Part shown: one piece after another, positions 57,173 to 64,000 of the stretch
Position numbering within the stretch: position 1 is the first letter of the stretch
Layout: each line of letters starts with the position of its first letter
From: Alphaproteobacteria bacterium
Lineage (GTDB): Bacteria > Pseudomonadota > Alphaproteobacteria > Rs-D84
DNA length: 64,000 nucleotides
NCBI GenBank assembly: GCA_009784815.1
Contig: WQXN01000001.1
Span: 140,876 to 204,875 of the forward strand
Reading direction: 5' to 3'
Program-made: the position numbers and the translations under genes
The notes under the pieces: model-generated
Seen by the model: the letters and a program-made list of their open reading frames with translations, nothing else
Told to the model about the DNA's origin: nothing
The model's database searches: none

Positions 57173-58906
57173 ATGTCTTATGATATAGAGATAATACGCC
57201 ACTCGATGGCTCATGTGCTTGCCGCAGCGGTGCAGAAATTATATCCAGGCGCTAAATTCGCGGGCGGTCCCGCGATCGACGCCGGATTCTATTACGACTT
57301 TGATCTTGATCATCGCTTTGTCCCGGAAGATTTTCCCAAAATAGAAAAGGAAATGAAGGACCTGATGAAATCCGACGGCCGGTTCGAACAAAAAAATATT
57401 AAGAAGTCCGAAGCGCTGGAACTTTTTAAGGATCAGCCCTACAAGATTGAATGGATAAGCGAAATTCCGGGCGATGAAATCGGAGTTTATAAATTCCGCG
57501 ATTTCGTCGATCTTTGCCGCGGGCCGCACGTTGCTTCATCAAAGGAGCTTCCGCGCGACTCGTGGAAAATTCGCAGCGTGGCCGGCGCTTATTGGAAAGG
57601 CGATTCCAAAAATAAAATGCTTCAGCGTATTTATGTCGATGCTTTTGCAACCAAGGCCGAACTGGACGCGCATCTGTTGATGATGGAGGAGGCCGCAAAA
57701 CGCGATCATAAAAAAATCGCTGCGGCGCAGGATCTTTTTCACTTCGAGCCCGAGTATGCTCCCGGTGCTCCGTTCTGGCATCCCAAAGGTTGGACTCTGT
57801 TTCAGAATATGATTTCACACATGCGCGCCAAGCAGGAAGAGGCGGGCTATGTGGAAATTGGAACTCCGTCCGTTAATACCAGAAAGATGTTTGAAACTTC
57901 CGGTCATTGGGGCATGTTTGCCGAGCATATGTACTATGCCAAAGTTCGTGATGAAGACGGAGAATTCGCGGTGAAACCAGTCAACTGTCCGGGTGGAATG
58001 CTTGTATTCAAGCAGGGTATTAAATCGTACCGCGATCTGCCTATGAAAATCGCCGAGTTCGGAAAGGTCGACCGGTACGAGTCTTCCGGCGCGCTGAACG
58101 GTATTTTGCGAGTGCGTGAATTCGTTCAGGACGACGCGCATATTTTCTGTACGAAGGATCAGATCGAGGACGAATGCATAAAAGTCATGGACTTCATAAT
58201 GGACACTTACAAGGACTTTGGATTCGACGCAAATCAAGTGCGCGTAAAACTTTCCACTAGGCCTGAAGTGCGTCTTGGAAGCGACGAGGTTTGGGACGCG
58301 TCCGAAGCCGCGCTTGAGAACGTTTTGAAAAAAGGCGGCTTCGAATATGAAATATTCGAGGGTGAAGGCGCGATATACGGACCCAAGTTGGAGTTCGTTT
58401 TGAAGGATGCCATAGGTCGCGATTGGCAGTGCGGAACTTTGCAGTTCGATATGAATCTGCCCGAACGGTTTGATCTTCATTACGTCGACAAAGACGGGGA
58501 GAAAAAACGTCCGATCATGCTGCACCGCGCGATATTCGGAAGTCTTGAACGTTTTCTTGGCGTTTTGATCGAGCATACTGCTGGGCGTTTCCCGGTGTGG
58601 ATCGCGCCGGTGCAGATCGCGATTATTCCGATTTCGGAATCTATGCACGATTACGCGGATAAAATCGCAGCTTCGCTTTCAGGGGTGCGTATTGAAAAAA
58701 TGTACTCGTCGGATTCTATGCAGAAACGTATACGCGATGCGCAGATGCAGCAGATTCCGTACATGATAGTTGTCGGCGAAAAGGAAATGGCCGAAGGGAC
58801 CGTGTCGATCCGTACCCGCGATAACAAGCAGATTAATGGTATCAAGCTGGATGAATTCATAAAAGATATGAAAAACAAAATCGAAGCCAAAACGCAGGGG
58901 TTGTAA
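57173..58906 (+). CDS. thrS: threonine--tRNA ligase (starts at the editing domain; no N-terminal TGS domain)
   Basis: RHSMAHVLAAAV, FVQDDAHIF and GTLQFD motifs. 577 aa. Confidence 0.9.
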   Translation: MSYDIEIIRHSMAHVLAAAVQKLYPGAKFAGGPAIDAGFYYDFDLDHRFVPEDFPKIEKEMKDLMKSDGRFEQKNIKKSEALELFKDQPYKIEWISEIPGDEIGVYKFRDFVDLCRGPHVASSKELPRDSWKIRSVAGAYWKGDSKNKMLQRIYVDAFATKAELDAHLLMMEEAAKRDHKKIAAAQDLFHFEPEYAPGAPFWHPKGWTLFQNMISHMRAKQEEAGYVEIGTPSVNTRKMFETSGHWGMFAEHMYYAKVRDEDGEFAVKPVNCPGGMLVFKQGIKSYRDLPMKIAEFGKVDRYESSGALNGILRVREFVQDDAHIFCTKDQIEDECIKVMDFIMDTYKDFGFDANQVRVKLSTRPEVRLGSDEVWDASEAALENVLKKGGFEYEIFEGEGAIYGPKLEFVLKDAIGRDWQCGTLQFDMNLPERFDLHYVDKDGEKKRPIMLHRAIFGSLERFLGVLIEHTAGRFPVWIAPVQIAIIPISESMHDYADKIAASLSGVRIEKMYSSDSMQKRIRDAQMQQIPYMIVVGEKEMAEGTVSIRTRDNKQINGIKLDEFIKDMKNKIEAKTQGL

Positions 58907-60052
58907 ATGGAACTGGTGCTGGTCGGAATTGTTTCTTTGGTGGTAGGATTTCTTATCGGGCGCATGTACGCGCAGAAGCGGTACGAGGTTATGCTGCAGA
59001 AATGCGCCGCGCTGGACGCCGAAAACCGCGCGGTGAATTCCAAGATGGCCGACCAGTTTAAACTTATATCGGCTGATCTTCTCGAGCATCAGAAAAAATC
59101 CGTGGCTGCTGCCCAGCAGGAAAAGCTGAGCGTGGTTTTGGATCCCTTCCAAAAGCAGATGGTCGATTTGAAGGCCGAATTCGACAAGCAGATCAAGGAC
59201 ATTATGAAGGACTCGGTCGAAAATAAAACCAGCTTTGCCAAGCACATGGACGACATGATCAGGCAGAGCGGCGCGCTTCAGAAAGAGGCAAGCGACTTGG
59301 CTAATGCTTTGAAGCATAAAAAACAACAGGGCAACTGGGGCGAATTCCAGATCGAGCGTATCTTCGAAATCCTGGACTTTACGGAAGGCCGCGAATATTC
59401 CAAAGAGGAATTTTCGCGCGGCGAAGACGGAAAAGGCGTCCGTCCGGATTACGTATTGAATCTTCCGAATGATCGCCGCGTGATAATCGACTCGAAGCTG
59501 TCGTTGGAAAGTTATATGTCTTTTGTGAATTCCGAATGCGAAGTTGAAAAGAAAAAACACATTAGGGAATTTGTCGCCGCAACAAAAAAACATATCGATG
59601 CTTTGGGCGAGAAGGACTATCAGGGCAAGCTTAAAAATTCGCAGTTGGATTATGTCTTTATGTTCATGCCTTTGGAACATTCTTATCTTGCCGCGCTGGA
59701 AGAAGCTCCGGACCTTTATCAGTATTCCTTCAGGAACAACGTTGCGCTTGTTACTCCTAGCCTGCTTTTCCCGATGATGAGGTTGATCGACACTATGCTG
59801 AAGATAGACAAGCGCGACAAAAACGTCGAGCTTGTGGTGGACAAAGTCAACAAACTTTGGGAAAAATACGCCGTCTTTACCGAGACCTTTAGAACCGTCG
59901 GAGCGAACCTGGATACGGCGCAGAAAAATTATCGCGAGGCCTTGGGGCAGCTTGCCGACGGCCGCGACAACTTGTCCGCGAAATTCGAAAAGATAAGGAA
60001 GGACAGCGGGATTCCAAGCAACAAAAAGATAGCGATAGAATATGAAGAATAA
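58907..60052 (+). CDS. rmuC: DNA recombination protein RmuC
   Basis: N-terminal TM helix, coiled coil, and RPDYVLNLPNDRRVIIDSKLSLESY. Confidence 0.8.
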   Translation: MELVLVGIVSLVVGFLIGRMYAQKRYEVMLQKCAALDAENRAVNSKMADQFKLISADLLEHQKKSVAAAQQEKLSVVLDPFQKQMVDLKAEFDKQIKDIMKDSVENKTSFAKHMDDMIRQSGALQKEASDLANALKHKKQQGNWGEFQIERIFEILDFTEGREYSKEEFSRGEDGKGVRPDYVLNLPNDRRVIIDSKLSLESYMSFVNSECEVEKKKHIREFVAATKKHIDALGEKDYQGKLKNSQLDYVFMFMPLEHSYLAALEEAPDLYQYSFRNNVALVTPSLLFPMMRLIDTMLKIDKRDKNVELVVDKVNKLWEKYAVFTETFRTVGANLDTAQKNYREALGQLADGRDNLSAKFEKIRKDSGIPSNKKIAIEYEE

Positions 60053-60545
60053 CATTGCGATTTTGCAAGTGGGTGATCCGGTGCTTCGAGAGAAGGCCGC
60101 CCGGGTGGATATCGTTGATTACGCTCTGCTGGACGCTATGGCGGACGCCATGTTCGCGGCCAAGGGCGCGGGTTTGGCGGCTCCTCAGGTCGGAGTGTCG
60201 CAAAGGGTTATTGTGATGCGGCCGGATCGCGGTATCGAAGTTTTGAAGATGATCAATCCCGAACTCTCTGAATTTTCCGACGACAAAATTTCCATGGAGG
60301 AGGGATGTCTTTCGGTGTTGGGTCCTGATGGCCCGGTATACGCGCATCTGACCCGGCCGGAATCCGTGCGGGTGAAATGGACCGACGAAAACGGAATCCT
60401 GCACGATGAAATTTTTGATGGCTTTAAGGCGCGCGTGATTCAGCACGAATTCGATCACTTGGAGGGCGTTCTGTTCATAGATCGCGTCAGCTCGTTAAAA
60501 CGCGCCATGATCATGTCGAAAGTTAAAAAGGCCGCCGCGTCATGA
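60042..60545 (+). CDS. def: peptide deformylase
   Basis: GAGLAAPQVG, EGCLSV and HEFDHL motifs. Confidence 0.9.
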   Translation: MKNNIAILQVGDPVLREKAARVDIVDYALLDAMADAMFAAKGAGLAAPQVGVSQRVIVMRPDRGIEVLKMINPELSEFSDDKISMEEGCLSVLGPDGPVYAHLTRPESVRVKWTDENGILHDEIFDGFKARVIQHEFDHLEGVLFIDRVSSLKRAMIMSKVKKAAAS

Positions 60546-61342
60546 AACTTATCCTTATGGGAACCCCGGATTTTGTCCGCCCGATTTTCGATAAGCTGGC
60601 CGAGGCTCATGAAATTATTGCCGTTTTTACTCGCGCTCCGAAACCCGTCGGCAGGAAGCAGGTTCTTACCAAATCTTCCGTGCATATCTGGGCCGAGGAA
60701 AAAAATATTCCGGTCTATACCGACATAAATGAAATAGAAAAACTGCCCAGGCCGGACTACATAGTCGTAGTGGCCTATGGTGTGATATTAAAGCAAAACG
60801 TTTTGGATTTTGCCACTTGCATCAATGTGCATTACAGCCTGCTGCCGGCTTATCGCGGCGCGCATCCTGTTGCCGCCGCCATTATGAACGGAGATAAGGA
60901 AAGCGGCGTCTGCTTGCAGAAAATGGCTTTGGGATTGGACGAGGGCGATCTGTATAGTTGCGAAAAATTTCCGATTCTTGAAAACGAAACCACCGAGGAA
61001 ATTCGAATCAAGGCAAGCGGTATTGCGGCCGGTATGCTGGTCAAGTTGCTGGCCGATCCATCCGCGTATCCTCTTGCGCCGCAGCTGGGCAAGCCCACTT
61101 ACGCAAGGAAAGAAATAGGTGAAAATATTATTATTGATTGGAAAAAAACCCCGCAACAGATACACGATTCTATTCGTGCTATAGGTGGAAAAACTAAGAT
61201 AAACGGAATAGACGTTCGGATTATTAAAACAAAAATTATTAATGGAAAACTTGAAATCGAACTTGTGCGGCCGGCGGGAAAAAATATTATGTCTTGGACG
61301 GATTTCATGAACGGGCAGAGGGGAAAATGCGAGTTCTTGTGA
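60542..61342 (+). CDS. fmt: methionyl-tRNA formyltransferase (short, 266 aa)
   Basis: HYSLLPAYRGAHPV. ATGA overlap with def. Confidence 0.85.
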   Translation: MKLILMGTPDFVRPIFDKLAEAHEIIAVFTRAPKPVGRKQVLTKSSVHIWAEEKNIPVYTDINEIEKLPRPDYIVVVAYGVILKQNVLDFATCINVHYSLLPAYRGAHPVAAAIMNGDKESGVCLQKMALGLDEGDLYSCEKFPILENETTEEIRIKASGIAAGMLVKLLADPSAYPLAPQLGKPTYARKEIGENIIIDWKKTPQQIHDSIRAIGGKTKINGIDVRIIKTKIINGKLEIELVRPAGKNIMSWTDFMNGQRGKCEFL

Positions 61343-62082
61343 TCTTGGAATATTTTGGAACCGGTCTTATAGGCTTTCAAAAAAACGAGCAGGGGCCGTC
61401 CGTGCAGTCATTGGTCGAGGAGGCTTTATTTAAATTCTGCGGCGAGCGCGTAAGCGTGGTCGGATGCGGTCGCACCGACGCCGGAGTTCATGCCGAGCGT
61501 ATGCCCGCGCATTTCGATATTGAAAAGAATCAGGATGCGGAGCGCATCCGCGCCGCGCTGAATTTTTATCTGCGTCATTCTCCGGTGGCTGTGCTGGAAG
61601 CGCGCGAAGTTCCCGAAGGTTTCCATGCGCGTTTTTCTGCGACTATGCGTCACTATCGCTATGACGTGCTGGGCCGTCGCGCGCCGCCGAAAATTTTTGC
61701 CGACCGCGTTTGGTGGGTGCCGCGTCCGCTTGATATTGATCGAATGGTTTCTGAATCGAAAAAATTAATCGGCCTGCATGATTTTAATTCTTTCCGATCG
61801 ACCGAGTGTCAGGCCAAGTCTTCGGTAAAGTCCATAGATGAAATCCGTATCGAAAAAAACGGAGACATGATCAGTTTTTATTTCTCGGCCCGTTCATTCC
61901 TTCATCATCAGGTCAGAAATATGGTTGGGACTCTGGTGGATATTGGTCTTGGGAAGCCTCTTGAGATGAATTCTGTTCTTGGGGCGATCTCTCGTCCGGC
62001 TGCGGGTCAGACGGCCCCAAGCGCGGGACTGTATTTCGTTGCGGCGGATTATGCCAGTGACGGTTCGCTTTTGCAAACTTGA
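61327..62082 (+). CDS. truA: tRNA pseudouridine(38-40) synthase
   Basis: YFGTGLIGFQ, GRTDAGVHA and SFLHHQVRNMVG. ATG at 61327 after AGGGGA. Confidence 0.85.
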   Translation: MRVLVILEYFGTGLIGFQKNEQGPSVQSLVEEALFKFCGERVSVVGCGRTDAGVHAERMPAHFDIEKNQDAERIRAALNFYLRHSPVAVLEAREVPEGFHARFSATMRHYRYDVLGRRAPPKIFADRVWWVPRPLDIDRMVSESKKLIGLHDFNSFRSTECQAKSSVKSIDEIRIEKNGDMISFYFSARSFLHHQVRNMVGTLVDIGLGKPLEMNSVLGAISRPAAGQTAPSAGLYFVAADYASDGSLLQT

Positions 62083-64000
62083 TGCGGCCGCTTTTATAGA
62101 TAACTAACGGTTTCATTTCGTTTATGATTTTAGCCTTGCATTCGGGATAGTCTATTATGTGATGCGAGATTATATAATCCGTATTCTCGCACAGATAATC
62201 CAAATTATGCACCAGGCCCACGAAGCGAAGCACTATCGCCGCCGTCCATTTCGGAGTGGTATAGATGCAGGTGTCGCTGGTCTTGATGCAACGCAGCGAA
62301 TATTTTTCTCCGCCGAATCCTTTGCCGAACGCGCGGCGCATTTCGCGTTTTGGAAACGGCTCGGCGTTTAGGCCTGACCATGATGATATGGCGAAGGGGT
62401 TGTCCGGGCTGCGCGGCATGTTGAATCTTAGGTTTCCGCTGTCGGTCATAAGCGCGACGACTTGTCTGTCCCGGCTTGCGTATAGTATCGGATATGGTTT
62501 TGCGAATATGTAGATGATCGAAAGAATAATCGGCGCGGCCGCGATCCATCTTATGCGTTCTTTTACAAGCAGCATGAATGCCGCACCCAGCGCCATGACG
62601 GCCAGAGTCCATCCAGGAATGCTTGGTATATAAACAAGCGAGTTCGGCATTTCGGATATGTAGGTTATTATCTCGTAGGTGAATCTGTATGCGTGCGCTC
62701 CAAGTTCCAGCAATCCGAAATATCCGAACAAAGACGCGATAGTTCCAAACAGCGTCAGCGGAAGTATCAGGAACGAAAATATCGAAAGGCAGAGCAGGTT
62801 GCCGATCTCTCCGTAGATCGCGATCGCCCTGAAGTGGTGCGCTATGAACGGCATAGTGAAGATCGACGATATAAGCGACGTCATAAACGCAAGATAAAAT
62901 AGTCTGCCAAATTTCTGCATGCGCGTGCGTTTGATGTATTCGCGCTGGCCGCCGAAGAAATATATCAATCCGAACACTGCGGCGAACGACATCTGAAATC
63001 CTGCTTCCAAAGCGTAGTGCGGCCTAAGCAGCAAAAGGCCGAACATGCATAGGCATAGTATGCGAAGCGACAGCGCGCGCCGGCCCGCGATCAGCGCAAG
63101 GAACCCAAGGCTTGCCATCGCGAACGCGCGCGTGGTGGCGATTCCGGCTCCGGATATTAGCAAGTATGCTATTAGACAAAGCCATGTTGCGACAGCGGCG
63201 AACTTTGCCGACGGTATGCGCCGCGTTAGGGGAGTTGCCAGCTTGAAAAGAAAATTGAATATGATGAATATCCATCCGCCGATCACGGTCATGTGAAGTC
63301 CGGAAATCGAGAATACGTGCGCCAATCCCGCGGCGCGGATTCTTTCCGCTTCTTCTCGGCTCATGGCGCGGGAATGGCCAAGCACCAACGAGTCGGCAAG
63401 CCAGGTCGCTTCGCGCGATGCGTTCGCGGCTATGTTCGTATGTATGTCGTTGCGGAGTTTTTGAAAGAAGCCTGCTTTGCCTCCTTGTTTCAACACGCGG
63501 TGGTTTTCCTGCGCGAATCCCGACGCTCCGATCCGGTTGAAGTACGACCATTTCGCGAAATCGAACGCTCCGGGCGAATCGGGAGGCTGGGGCCTTAACA
63601 ATGTCGCGCGAACGTTTATTGTATCGCCGACGTTCGGCTTGACGTCACCCTTGGCGAGAGTTATGCGGACCGTCATGGGCCTGGTGTCTTTGTCCGTTAT
63701 GGCATTCGGTATAAATACGCGGGTGCGGTCGTGGGCATAGCTTATTCTTGATACGGTTCCTTGGACCATTATGTCGCGCCACGGACGCGTGGCGGTTTCC
63801 ACATGTACCGCTTGCGTCCATGCGATCGAATAAAAGAATCCAAGCACGGCGAACAGGACTATTCGCGCGTAGTAATTCTTTATGCGGAATAAATTCGCCG
63901 CCAACAAAGCTGATATGATTGCAGGATACGCCACTATCGGTTCGGACGAAAGTCCGAAATAGATCGCTATTCCTATGGCAAAGAAAAATGGCGCGACCAG
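61913..64000 (-). CDS. comEC: ComEC/Rec2-family competence membrane protein (5' end beyond window)
   Basis: AGLAHVFSISGLHMTVIGGW motif and many TM spans. The frame stays open from 63934 to the window edge. Confidence 0.8.
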   Translation of the reverse strand: MVAPFFFAIGIAIYFGLSSEPIVAYPAIISALLAANLFRIKNYYARIVLFAVLGFFYSIAWTQAVHVETATRPWRDIMVQGTVSRISYAHDRTRVFIPNAITDKDTRPMTVRITLAKGDVKPNVGDTINVRATLLRPQPPDSPGAFDFAKWSYFNRIGASGFAQENHRVLKQGGKAGFFQKLRNDIHTNIAANASREATWLADSLVLGHSRAMSREEAERIRAAGLAHVFSISGLHMTVIGGWIFIIFNFLFKLATPLTRRIPSAKFAAVATWLCLIAYLLISGAGIATTRAFAMASLGFLALIAGRRALSLRILCLCMFGLLLLRPHYALEAGFQMSFAAVFGLIYFFGGQREYIKRTRMQKFGRLFYLAFMTSLISSIFTMPFIAHHFRAIAIYGEIGNLLCLSIFSFLILPLTLFGTIASLFGYFGLLELGAHAYRFTYEIITYISEMPNSLVYIPSIPGWTLAVMALGAAFMLLVKERIRWIAAAPIILSIIYIFAKPYPILYASRDRQVVALMTDSGNLRFNMPRSPDNPFAISSWSGLNAEPFPKREMRRAFGKGFGGEKYSLRCIKTSDTCIYTTPKWTAAIVLRFVGLVHNLDYLCENTDYIISHHIIDYPECKAKIINEMKPLVIYKSGRIKFAKANRHWHNPPQRNTVPRLGPSDPQPDERSPQEQNSSQEASQDQYPPESQPYF

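Noticed and set aside
58679-60055. 458-aa minus-strand ORF
   Set aside because: It is antisense to rmuC and the thrS 3' end. The sense genes have clear family motifs and tight operon spacing.

Overview
This is a 64-kb chromosomal window, roughly half G+C by eye. All family assignments below come from motif recognition by eye; no searches or computations were run.

Backbone. The gene order looks alphaproteobacterial: dprA (partial), dnaA, pgsA, uvrC, fba, ung, uppP, aspS, grpE, tpiA and a ppiD-like gene. These are followed by the str/S10/spc/alpha ribosomal super-operon (rpsL-rpsG-fusA-tuf-rpsJ...rpmD, rplO-secY-rpsM-rpsK-rpoA, rplQ). That cluster contains no adk, infA, rpmJ or rpsD. Next come thrS-rmuC-def-fmt-truA and a partial comEC.

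Accessory patches. Several visibly AT-richer patches are set into this backbone:
(i) A ~7-kb integrative element (9727-16771) has split a tRNA-Thr(GGU)-like gene in its anticodon loop. It carries its own intact copy of that tRNA, a P4-like tyrosine integrase, an HUH Rep-like protein, a lipoprotein, and a GIY-YIG-like / TcmP-like / radical-SAM-like gene trio.
(ii) An integrase-less islet next to tRNA-Ala(GGC) has a second TcmP-like gene paired with a DUF5131 (Gp37/Gp68-type) three-Cys protein.
(iii) A Mur-ligase-like plus alpha/beta-hydrolase cassette is bracketed by perfect 55-bp direct repeats.
(iv) A 374-aa orphan ORF is wedged between rpmD and rplO.
(v) Two paralogous genes are inserted antisense between rpoA and rplQ.

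Two accessory genes sit behind promoters whose spacers contain G10 and G9 homopolymers, which makes them candidates for phase variation.

Best candidate for an undescribed system. This is the pair of TcmP-like + three-Cys Fe-S partner modules, one of which has an adjacent GIY-YIG-like gene. They look like mobile nucleic-acid-modification or defence cassettes of unknown function.
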